From the NCBI GenBank assembly GCA_937934305.1, contig CALHAG010000009.1, positions 71,057-95,056 on the forward strand: a stretch of DNA of 24,000 nucleotides. The letters are read 5' to 3'. The translations under genes were made by a program, and so were the position numbers. This document shows, in pieces, positions 6,694 to 14,103 of the stretch (positions are counted from its first letter, which is position 1; each line of letters begins with the position of its first letter). The DNA comes from Candidatus Caldarchaeum subterraneum. GTDB taxonomy: Archaea > Thermoproteota > Nitrososphaeria_A > Caldarchaeales > Caldarchaeaceae. A model generated the notes under the pieces. The model saw nothing but the letters and a program-made list of their open reading frames with translations. It made no database searches and had not been told where the DNA came from.

Positions 6694-8691
6694 TTGTCGG
6701 AAGCGTTGCCTTTTGATGAATATTTGGAGCTTCCGAACTGGCGGGCGAGAACCGTGGACATCGAGGCCTATAAACGGTTTTGGAGAACAACTGTAGAGGA
6801 TTTTGTTGGTTTTTGGGAGAAGGAGGCCAGGAATCTTGAATGGTTTAGGCCGTGGGACCGTGTTCTCGAGAGCGGTGAACATCCATTTGTCTTCAAATGG
6901 TTCGTGGGAGGCTTGCTTAACATCTCCTACTTGTGTCTCGATAGGCATGCGAAAAGCTGGAGGAGAAACAAGGTGGCATACATCTGGGAGGGTGAGCCAG
7001 TTGACGGTGATGGAAGGCCTCTGAGCACACGCAAGTACACCTATTACGAGCTTTATCGTGAGGTTAACAGGCTTGCACATGTCTTTCTTAGCCTCGGTCT
7101 TAGGAAGGGCGATAGAGCAGCCATCTATCTACCGATGATTCCGGAGCTGCCCATCACCATGCTTGCCCTCGCTCGGATTGGTGTAATATTCACCGTGGTG
7201 TTTAGCGGGTTTTCGGCTGAGAACCTTGCTATACGCGTAAACGACCTGGGCGCCAAAGTATTGGTTACTGCTGACGGTTTTTACCGGAGGGGGCGTCTGA
7301 TTAACTTGAAGGAAGTGGTTGACAAAGCCGTGGAGTCCACGGATGTGGAGAAGGTTGTGGTTGTGAAGAGGGCTGGAAACGAGGTCTCAATGAAGGAGGG
7401 GCGTGACTTTTGGCTGCATGATTTGCTGAGGACTGTTCCAGAAAATGTGAGTGTAGAACCCGAGCCCCTGGACTCGACTCATCCGCTCTATGTGTTATAC
7501 ACATCGGGCACCACGGGTAAGCCAAAGGGCATTATACATGATACAGGTGGTTACGCGGTTCTTCTCAACTCGACGATGAAATGGGTGTTCGACATCAGAG
7601 ACGATGACGTTTATTTCTGCACGGCGGACATTGGCTGGGTAACGGGCCATAGCTACATAGTTTTCGGCCCCTTGATGGCTGGTGCAACCATCGTGATGTA
7701 TGAGGGGACGCCTGATTATCCCACGGTCGAGAGATGGTGGCAGATTATAGAGAGAAACGGTGTGACGATTTTCTACACGACTCCGACCGCCGTTAGGATG
7801 CTTATGCGCTTTGGAAATGAACCCGTCCAGAAACACAACCGCTCAACCCTAAGAATAATTCACAGCGTCGGCGAGCCGATTAACCCCGCGGCATGGAAAT
7901 GGCTATTCGAAGTGGTCGGGGAAAGGAGATGCCCCGTCGGCTCGACATGGTGGATGACCGAGACAGGCGGAATCTTGATAAGCCATCTACCCGGCTTAAT
8001 GCTCACACCTCTTAAACCCGGAACAAACGGATTACCCCTCCCCGGAATAGATGCAGAAGTCGTCGATGAGAAGGGCGTCGTCGCCGCCCCGGGTCAAAGA
8101 GGGTATCTTGTGATCAGGAAGCCGTGGCCCGGTATGCTGGGGCCTCCGACGGGTATGTGGAAGGAGCCTGAGAGATATAGGCAGGTTTATTGGGAGAAGG
8201 TGAACGGAGTGTTTTTCACAGGCGATTATGCTGTCAAGGATGTTGATGGATATATTTGGGTTGCGGGCAGGGCTGATGAGGTCTTGAAAGTTGCTGGACA
8301 CAGGATAGGCACCTACGAGCTTGAGTCGGTTCTTGTATCTCATGCAGCTGTATCGGAGGCCGCCGTCGTAGGCGTCCCAGATGAAATAAAGGGAGAAACA
8401 CCTGTCGCCTTCGTGGTTTTGAAATCAGGTTACCAGGGAGGAAATGAAACAGCTGAACAGCTAATAAAATATGTTAGAGAGACCTATGGAGCGATAGCTA
8501 CACCGTCAAGTATTCTATTTGTTTCGAAGCTGCCAAAAACACGCAGCGGGAAGATTATGAGACGTGTTTTGAGAGCAGTGGCAACTGGCGGGAGCTTGGG
8601 TGACTTGACGACGCTTGAGGATGAGGCTGCAGTCGATGAGGTTAAAGAAAGCTATGAACAGCTTTTGAAAGAAGTTCGCCGTGGGCGATAG
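6694..8691 (+). CDS. acs: Acetyl-CoA synthetase (AMP-forming)
   Basis: AMP-binding motif YTSGTTGKPKG, the WWMTETGG region and the C-terminal catalytic-lysine motif PKTRSGKIMRR are present. The 665-aa length and N-terminal FWEKEARNLEWF...FKWFVGGLLN are typical of Acs. Confidence 0.9.
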   Translation: MSEALPFDEYLELPNWRARTVDIEAYKRFWRTTVEDFVGFWEKEARNLEWFRPWDRVLESGEHPFVFKWFVGGLLNISYLCLDRHAKSWRRNKVAYIWEGEPVDGDGRPLSTRKYTYYELYREVNRLAHVFLSLGLRKGDRAAIYLPMIPELPITMLALARIGVIFTVVFSGFSAENLAIRVNDLGAKVLVTADGFYRRGRLINLKEVVDKAVESTDVEKVVVVKRAGNEVSMKEGRDFWLHDLLRTVPENVSVEPEPLDSTHPLYVLYTSGTTGKPKGIIHDTGGYAVLLNSTMKWVFDIRDDDVYFCTADIGWVTGHSYIVFGPLMAGATIVMYEGTPDYPTVERWWQIIERNGVTIFYTTPTAVRMLMRFGNEPVQKHNRSTLRIIHSVGEPINPAAWKWLFEVVGERRCPVGSTWWMTETGGILISHLPGLMLTPLKPGTNGLPLPGIDAEVVDEKGVVAAPGQRGYLVIRKPWPGMLGPPTGMWKEPERYRQVYWEKVNGVFFTGDYAVKDVDGYIWVAGRADEVLKVAGHRIGTYELESVLVSHAAVSEAAVVGVPDEIKGETPVAFVVLKSGYQGGNETAEQLIKYVRETYGAIATPSSILFVSKLPKTRSGKIMRRVLRAVATGGSLGDLTTLEDEAAVDEVKESYEQLLKEVRRGR

Positions 8692-9406
8692 AGACACGGC
8701 ATCTAAGCAGGAGATTCGGCAGAGAATTTGGCGTCTGCTTGAGGAGCGCGGAGTAGCGGTTTTTCCAACACCTGTGGCTGGGCGGATACCCAACTTCAAG
8801 GGAGCAGCCGAGGCAGCCAACCTATTACGCAAAAGCAAACACTACATCGACGCCGATGTTGTCAAAGTTAACCCCGATGCTCCACAAGCACCCGTGCGCC
8901 GGAATGTCCTGCGCGACGGCAAAAAACTCATCATGCCCACTCCGAGAATCAAACACGGCTTCCTTTTGATTAACCCGAAAAAGCTTCACCAACGTGGATT
9001 GAGGGATGCTGCAACGATAGCGGGTGCGTATAGATATGGTGCGAAAGTTGAGCCAAGAGACCTGCCCAGCATCGATTTGGTGGTTGTAGGAAGCGTGGCT
9101 GTCTCGCCCATGGGCTGGAGAATAGGAAAAGGTGAGGGATATTCAGAGATTGAGTATGCTCTGCTTAGAACGTTTTCCAAAGTAGATGAAGATACTCCTG
9201 TTTACACAACTGTTCACGACCTTCAGGTGGTTGACAAGATACCTCATGAAGCCTATGACCTGCCTGTCGACAGGATATTCACCAACACCAGAGTGATAAA
9301 CTGTCCGAAAAACCCGAAACCTTCCGGAATAATCTGGAACCTGCTGCCACGTGAGAAAATCGAAGCAATTCCCTTGCTGCAGAAGCTTAGGGTAAATGAC
9401 GTCTGA
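8681..9406 (+). CDS. 5-formyltetrahydrofolate cyclo-ligase family protein
   Basis: The N-terminal KQEIRQRIWRLLE and the G-rich motif RIGKGEGYSEIEY resemble the family G-x-G-x-GYYD region. The GTG start overlaps the acs stop by 11 nt. Confidence 0.65.
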   Translation: MGDRDTASKQEIRQRIWRLLEERGVAVFPTPVAGRIPNFKGAAEAANLLRKSKHYIDADVVKVNPDAPQAPVRRNVLRDGKKLIMPTPRIKHGFLLINPKKLHQRGLRDAATIAGAYRYGAKVEPRDLPSIDLVVVGSVAVSPMGWRIGKGEGYSEIEYALLRTFSKVDEDTPVYTTVHDLQVVDKIPHEAYDLPVDRIFTNTRVINCPKNPKPSGIIWNLLPREKIEAIPLLQKLRVNDV

Positions 9407-10403
9407 GAATGGGCCGAAGCCTGGGCAAAGTCTGCAGCCCTATTGGGTCAACTTTCTTAAGGTGGGCGACGCCGAGGCTCAGCAAATCGGCCATCAGCAA
9501 AAACTTCAGAACCTCCGATACAGGCGATGAAGACTCTACACTGATTTCGATAAAAGCGGCCCCGTTTGAGCTGAGATACTCCTTCATCCAGTCAAGGCCA
9601 TCCGACACCATCAGATGTTCATAGCTGCTTCGCAGAAAAACGTAGCAGTAGTTGCCGAGGCTGGTCCACCCCTCGACCTCGTTGTGAAAAGCCTCAGGAG
9701 CCGTGGCCACATGGCACGGGTGCTTGGCGTTCTCATTGAGTTGGCACTTCAGCCTATAAGCAGCAGAATAGAGGTTGTCGGCCGAAACAATCACAGCATG
9801 CCTGCCCAGCAAAGGTCTCGCATGCTCAACCACCGGCTGCAAACCATTCTCGGAAACCTTTTTCGCATATGTCTCGAGTTCGTCGACAGCTTGTAGGAAT
9901 TTTTCACGGGAGAAGGCTTCGAACCCCGTCAGCAAGCCGTAGACAGCGCCAACCATCTCAGGAACAGCATAGCGGGGCTGAAGCCCCTCCGAAACTCTCA
10001 CAACCCGCAACCCCCTCGTCTCCATCAATGAGGTAAGCCGGCCGCCCGATGAAACACCAACAACAGATACACTCTTCGAAAAACCGTCGATAAAAGCCCA
10101 GCTCGTTTCAACCGTGTCACCCGAGTAGCTCACAGGGATTAACAAGGTGTCTGGACCCACGTAACCCGGCAGTCGAAAAGTCTTCAGAGTTTCCACAGGA
10201 GGCGGTGAATTTGGTTCTTTGATTGCCGAGATAATGTCTCCAACTATTCCTGAACCGCCGACACCTGCGATGAAAATCCTTCTCACATATGCCGGGTTCA
10301 GCGAGTTTGAATGTGTCTCGCCTTTTCTGAAACCTTCTCTATACATGGTAGGCGAGTTGAGAGCCATTCGCCAAGCCTTCTCAAAACTTTCTTCAGCAGA
10401 CAC
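9387..10403 (-). CDS. SIS-domain bifunctional phosphoglucose/phosphomannose isomerase-type protein
   Basis: IFIAGVGGSGIVGDII and VSYSGDTVET (the SIS SxSGxTxE motif) are present. The length of about 340 aa and the overall pattern resemble crenarchaeal PGI/PMI. Confidence 0.7.
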   Translation of the reverse strand: MSAEESFEKAWRMALNSPTMYREGFRKGETHSNSLNPAYVRRIFIAGVGGSGIVGDIISAIKEPNSPPPVETLKTFRLPGYVGPDTLLIPVSYSGDTVETSWAFIDGFSKSVSVVGVSSGGRLTSLMETRGLRVVRVSEGLQPRYAVPEMVGAVYGLLTGFEAFSREKFLQAVDELETYAKKVSENGLQPVVEHARPLLGRHAVIVSADNLYSAAYRLKCQLNENAKHPCHVATAPEAFHNEVEGWTSLGNYCYVFLRSSYEHLMVSDGLDWMKEYLSSNGAAFIEISVESSSPVSEVLKFLLMADLLSLGVAHLKKVDPIGLQTLPRLRPILRRHLP

Positions 10404-10427
10404 GGCTCACTCCGACGGATAACAGTA

Positions 10428-11222
10428 TTAAGCCTTTATCTCTTGTATACGTTTGCTGAAATACTCCATGGCTTCGAGAAGCTTTTTCTCATCTTTTTTC
10501 TCAGCGATAAAGTCGACTATAACCTGTGAAACCGTCTCGGCCCCTTTCGGGTTACTCTTGAGATAAACACCCTTGAACCTTTTCATGGTCTCGACCAGAA
10601 GCGGGGCGAGACGCGACTCCACAACCCCCTCGACAAACAGCTGCTGAATGAGAAAACCTCTATCACCCGCTGTTTCACGGAGAAGCGGTCGCAGCTCATT
10701 CTCAAAAATATCCATCAACTCCTTCGGGACACCGGGAAGACAAACAATCTTCACACCTGATTTCTCCAGCAGCACACCCGGAGCTGTGCCGACACGGTTT
10801 CTAAGCGGCTTCGAGCCCTCAGGAAGCTTCGCCATCTTAAGCCTCTCTTTTGTCAGCGACGGGTCCTTGATGACTCCTGCCTCAGCCAGCTCCAGGTATC
10901 GACGACGGATGCTTTCGAAAGCCTCTTTGTCAAGTTTCAGCCTCTTTCCGAGGGCCCTTGCAACAGCTTGAAGCGTCTTGTCGTCATGGGTAGGCCCAAG
11001 GCCGCCGCTGATGAAGAGCCACATAGGCTTACGCCTAAGAGCCTCGCGCACCGCTTTGGCTATGTCATTCAAATCATCTCTGACTATGGTTGCTCTCCTG
11101 ACAACGTATCCAAGCTCAGAAAGTTTCCCACACAGCCAGTTTAGGTTTGTGTTAATTGTCCGGCCGTCGAGAAGCTCGTTGCCTACGTTGATTACTTCTG
11201 CCACGAGCTGTTTCCGAGGCAT
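10428..11222 (-). CDS. CinA-like / MoCF-biosynthesis-domain protein (COG1058 type)
   Basis: AEVINVGNELLDGRTINTN and FISGGLGPTHDDKT are the hallmark N-terminal CinA/MoaB-fold motifs. Confidence 0.7.
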   Translation of the reverse strand: MPRKQLVAEVINVGNELLDGRTINTNLNWLCGKLSELGYVVRRATIVRDDLNDIAKAVREALRRKPMWLFISGGLGPTHDDKTLQAVARALGKRLKLDKEAFESIRRRYLELAEAGVIKDPSLTKERLKMAKLPEGSKPLRNRVGTAPGVLLEKSGVKIVCLPGVPKELMDIFENELRPLLRETAGDRGFLIQQLFVEGVVESRLAPLLVETMKRFKGVYLKSNPKGAETVSQVIVDFIAEKKDEKKLLEAMEYFSKRIQEIKA

Positions 11223-11227
11223 ATATG

Positions 11228-11881
11228 CTAAAAACTGTGCAGCTCTGCTTTAACTTCTCTGCCATCTATCTTGAGTGATGCGTAGAACCCCTCTTTTGCG
11301 GGCCCAGCGTTCACCACCACGGTCTCACCTATCCTCGATATGGAGCGTCCCTCATGTATGTGGCCGCAGCAAACTGCCAAAGGTCTCTTGGCCTCGACAA
11401 ATTTTCTGATAGCCGTGCTGCCGAGATGACGGCCACGACCCAGGTCTGCGTCTACCCCAAAAGGCGGTGTATGTGAGACGAGGATAAAATTTTCAGCCGC
11501 GGGGGTGAATTTGGAGAGCATATCCTCAAACTCTTCCTCGCTGAACTCTATCAAAGTGTTGAAGGGTGAGAGGTTTCCTCCCCCAAGCCCGTAGAAATCG
11601 TAGGCGCCTTGACTCACGTTTGAGCCATGAATGTTAATGATGTTCTTGTTGGATGGACGCCAGGTTAGGAGAGAGGGATGGTCACAATTGCCTGGAACAA
11701 AGAAAATCGGCCGCCCACATTTCGCAACCGTTGCGAGAATCGGCTCAGCCTGCGGAATAGCTCCAAAATGTGTGATGTCGCCGACCAGCACCACGATGTC
11801 GTAATCCACGGCCTTTTCCGCAAGAGCCGATGCCGCCGCCATGCTTCCATGAATGTCGGAGGCCTGTAAAACCTTCATCAA
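11228..11881 (-). CDS. Metallophosphoesterase (calcineurin-like)
   Basis: Metal-ligand motifs appear in the expected order: SDIHG, GDITHFG, GNCDH, VSHTPP, CGHIHEG. Confidence 0.8.
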   Translation of the reverse strand: MMKVLQASDIHGSMAAASALAEKAVDYDIVVLVGDITHFGAIPQAEPILATVAKCGRPIFFVPGNCDHPSLLTWRPSNKNIINIHGSNVSQGAYDFYGLGGGNLSPFNTLIEFSEEEFEDMLSKFTPAAENFILVSHTPPFGVDADLGRGRHLGSTAIRKFVEAKRPLAVCCGHIHEGRSISRIGETVVVNAGPAKEGFYASLKIDGREVKAELHSF

Positions 11882-11930
11882 AGATTATCCTTTTCCCGGG
11901 TTATTTGAGCCTTTACAAGTCCAGACAACG

Positions 11931-11938
11931 CTTTTATC
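11931..11938 (+). promoter_or_regulatory. TATA-like box CTTTTATC upstream of the CBS/zinc-ribbon gene
   Basis: It is centred 26.5 nt upstream of the in-frame TTG at 11961. Confidence 0.4.
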
Positions 11939-11960
11939 ACACCCAGCTACACTACAACCG

Positions 11961-12539
11961 TTGTGGCAAACGGCGAAGGTTAGGGATGTTGTGAAAAGCC
12001 CGATAATAAGCATCGAGGAGGATTCATCAGTGGTGGAGGCGGCGAAGGTTATGGCTGAGAAAAAAATCAGCGGCATAGTCATAACCAATAAGGGGAAACC
12101 CGTGGGTCTGGTGACCGAGCGGGACGTCGTCTCAAAAGTTGTTGCGGCTGGGAAAGACCCCAGCCAGACAACAGTCAAAGAAGTGATGTCAAAACCCTTG
12201 ATAACCATCGACATAGAAGCAACGCTGCTGGAGGCAGTTGACCTCATGAACCGAAAAAAGGTAAGGAGACTGCTCGTAACACGCGACGACGAAATCATAG
12301 GCCTATTCACCATCAGAGACGTTCTCGCACTCTCCCGAATATGCGCATACTGCGGCAAACCAATCAAACCTCTTCTACCCTCACAGCCACAGTCAGAAGC
12401 AGACATCATAATCGAATGCAGCTGCGGCGCAGTCTACATGCAGGAATGCGCAAAAACAGTCGTATACTGCATCTACTGCTCAAGGAAACTTGTCACAGAG
12501 GTTTATTATCCACCTCCTGAAGACACCTTCAGCGGATGA
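11961..12539 (+). CDS. CBS-domain pair protein with C-terminal zinc ribbon
   Basis: The ORF is open from ATG 11853, but that start would overlap the 5' end of the divergent gene by 29 nt. TTG 11961 gives MWQTAKVRDVVKSP..., a normal CBS N-terminus, and fits the TATA spacing. The two CBS motifs are VGLVTERDVV and IGLFTIRDVL. The C-terminus reads CAYC...CSC...CIYC. Confidence 0.75.
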   Translation: MWQTAKVRDVVKSPIISIEEDSSVVEAAKVMAEKKISGIVITNKGKPVGLVTERDVVSKVVAAGKDPSQTTVKEVMSKPLITIDIEATLLEAVDLMNRKKVRRLLVTRDDEIIGLFTIRDVLALSRICAYCGKPIKPLLPSQPQSEADIIIECSCGAVYMQECAKTVVYCIYCSRKLVTEVYYPPPEDTFSG

Positions 12540-13480
12540 AAAGAACATTTCTCTCCTACGTCGAGCTTGACCAAGAATCAGTCAGGCAAATAGAGAGATA
12601 CGCCGAAGTCGTTACGAAGAATTCATCAAACTTCGAGGAATCCAAGAAAACAGCGGAGGCGGTTCTATGCATAACGCTTAAGCCCGAGGAGATAGCCAAG
12701 CTAGAAAACCTCAAGTTCGTGCAGGTGCTTTCAGCAGGCGTTGATGGTGTAGCGTGGCAGCATCTCCCCGAGCATGTTTTGGTCGCCGGAAACATGGGCT
12801 CAAACGCCGAGGCCGTATCCGAGCACACATGGGCCATGATACTGAGCATCGCCAAGAAAATTCCACATTATTTTGGTAGAGTGCGGAATGCTGTGTTTGA
12901 GAGAGACGTCGAAGTTTTGCAGCTCAACGGAAGAACAATGCTCGTAGTTGGAATGGGGTCGATAGGTGTGAAGGTGGCTGAAGTGGCGAGATGCTTCGGC
13001 ATGCGTGTGATAGGTGTTACAAAGTCAGGCAAGGCAAGAGGATACGCAGACGTAACTCTTCCCTGGACAAGGCTGGAAGAGGCCCTGCCAGAAGCCGACA
13101 TCATAGTTATCTCCACACCTTTGACCAAATACACAAGAGGAATGTTCAACCGAAACAACCTTCCTCTTCTTAAGAAAGGGTGTATAGTGGTGAACGTAGG
13201 TCGGGCTGAGGTGGTTAACCGAGAAGACCTCATAGCCTTTCTAAAAGAGAGGCAGGACATCGTCTTCGCAACAGACGTATGGTGGGAGGTCAAAAGAAAC
13301 GAACCATGGGAAACAGAGCTCATCAAGCTTCCAAACTTCGTGGGAACACCATGGATAGCAGGAGCATTCGGCTCACCAGAGGTCTACAAAAAAATGCTGA
13401 AAACAGCTATCCAAAACATCGTAAAATACTTCTCGGGACAAACTCCCGACAACCTCATAAACAGAGAAGACTATGTATAA
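12536..13480 (+). CDS. D-isomer-specific 2-hydroxyacid dehydrogenase family protein (atypical active site)
   Basis: Rossmann motif VVGMGSIGVKVA, substrate-Arg motif VVNVGRAEVV, SAGVD and NAEAVSEH are all present. The usual TPH(I/L)(A/G) motif reads TPWIAG here. The ATG overlaps the upstream stop (ATGA at 12536-12539). Confidence 0.8.
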   Translation: MKRTFLSYVELDQESVRQIERYAEVVTKNSSNFEESKKTAEAVLCITLKPEEIAKLENLKFVQVLSAGVDGVAWQHLPEHVLVAGNMGSNAEAVSEHTWAMILSIAKKIPHYFGRVRNAVFERDVEVLQLNGRTMLVVGMGSIGVKVAEVARCFGMRVIGVTKSGKARGYADVTLPWTRLEEALPEADIIVISTPLTKYTRGMFNRNNLPLLKKGCIVVNVGRAEVVNREDLIAFLKERQDIVFATDVWWEVKRNEPWETELIKLPNFVGTPWIAGAFGSPEVYKKMLKTAIQNIVKYFSGQTPDNLINREDYV

Positions 13481-13507
13481 AAACGGCAAACAGCAACACA
13501 GGAAGAA

Positions 13508-13614
13508 GCCGGGGTCCCACAGCCAGGCAGTGGGCCGGCCTCGAGATCATACAAGCTGGTCAAGAAAGCCGGTGGCCTTTCCGGGCCGCGTGGGTTCAAA
13601 TCCCACCCCCGGCG
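13508..13614 (+). tRNA. tRNA-Ser (anticodon CGA) with a 21-nt intron after position 37
   Basis: The acceptor stem is GCCGGGG/CCCCGGC with discriminator G. The D arm is CCAC-AGCCAGGCA-GTGG. The anticodon stem is CCGGC/GCCGG with loop CUCGAGA (anticodon at 13542-13544), interrupted at 13546..13566 (or 13547..13567). A long variable arm (GGCC-UUUCCG-GGCC) marks class II. The T arm is GTGGG-TTCAAAT-CCCAC. No CCA is encoded. Confidence 0.85.
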
Positions 13615-13619
13615 TTTTT
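13615..13619 (+). terminator. Oligo-T run directly after the tRNA
   Basis: TTTTT immediately follows the discriminator base. Oligo-T is the usual archaeal termination signal. Confidence 0.4.
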
Positions 13620-13663
13620 CAGGAATATCCATGATTTTTGAGCGACTGCGCGCCGTTTTTCAC

Positions 13664-13677
13664 ATATTTATATATTT
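13664..13677 (+). promoter_or_regulatory. TATA box region ATATTTATATATTT upstream of the third CBS gene
   Basis: The core TTTATATA (13667-13674) is centred 26.5 nt from the second ATG (13697) and 23.5 nt from ATG 13694. Confidence 0.45.
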
Positions 13678-13693
13678 GTTTACCTTTTTTTGA

Positions 13694-14080
13694 ATGATGC
13701 TAAAAGAGCTTGTGAGAAGAGCGCCTATAACCATAGATTCTTCGGCAACTCTTTATGATGTTGTCAAGATTATGGCGGAGCAGAACATAGGGTTTATCGT
13801 TGTTTTGGAGAATGGGCGGATGGTTGGAGTTTTGTCTGAGCGGGATGTTGTGCGGACGCTGGCTGAGAGGAGGGACTTTGATGTGAAGGTGGGTGAAATA
13901 TGTAAAAGAGATATTATCACCCTACCGGCTGACGCCTCTGTGGAGGATGCCGCTGAGGAAATGGGGCGGCATAGGATAAGACATATTGTTGTGGTCGACG
14001 ACGCTGGTAAGCTCGTGGGAGTGGTGTCGGCGAGAGACGTCCTTCAAGAGCTATATGCCCAAGAGAGCGGAACAGACTAG
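13694..14080 (+). CDS. Standalone CBS-domain pair protein
   Basis: This 128-aa ORF has two CBS motifs (VGVLSERDVV and VGVVSARDVL). The start is ATG 13694 or 13697. Confidence 0.8.
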   Translation: MMLKELVRRAPITIDSSATLYDVVKIMAEQNIGFIVVLENGRMVGVLSERDVVRTLAERRDFDVKVGEICKRDIITLPADASVEDAAEEMGRHRIRHIVVVDDAGKLVGVVSARDVLQELYAQESGTD

Positions 14081-14103
14081 TTTGCTCTGAATCCGCGCCT
14101 GTT

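Noticed and set aside
6593-7080. Minus-strand ORFs 6593..6790 and 6655..7080 across the PAC2/acs intergenic region and the acs 5' end
   Set aside because: They overlap the promoter and SD region and the well-supported acs N-terminus. Their products show no recognisable pattern.
11853-11960. ATG 11853 as the start of the CBS/zinc-ribbon gene
   Set aside because: It would make the two divergent genes overlap head-to-head by 29 nt. It would also add 36 residues with no CBS-like pattern. The TATA-like box at 11931-11938 sits inside that extension and fits TTG 11961. It is not fully excluded.
11885-13326. Antisense ORFs 11885..12409 (174 aa) and 12868..13326 (152 aa)
   Set aside because: They lie entirely opposite the CBS/zinc-ribbon and dehydrogenase genes, which have clear family motifs. 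Their Ser/Thr/Arg-rich composition is typical of antisense frames.
13279-13641. 120-aa ORF on the plus strand
   Set aside because: It reads out of frame through the end of the dehydrogenase gene and straight across the tRNA-Ser gene. The product is Arg/Gln-rich and low in complexity.
13625-13665. C/D-box sRNA candidates in intergenic DNA (for example CCATGATTTTTGAGCGACTG after the tRNA)
   Set aside because: No canonical C box (RUGAUGA) paired with a D box (CUGA) at sRNA spacing occurs in any intergenic region. The other TGATGA strings seen (for example near 10866 and 11009) are inside CDSs without partner boxes.
13481-13693. tRNA-adjacent integration site (integrase, att repeat, genomic-island border)
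   Set aside because: No integrase or recombinase ORF lies nearby. I could not find a second copy of the tRNA 3' half (GGGTTCAAATCCCAC...) in the window. Both flanks are ordinary housekeeping genes.
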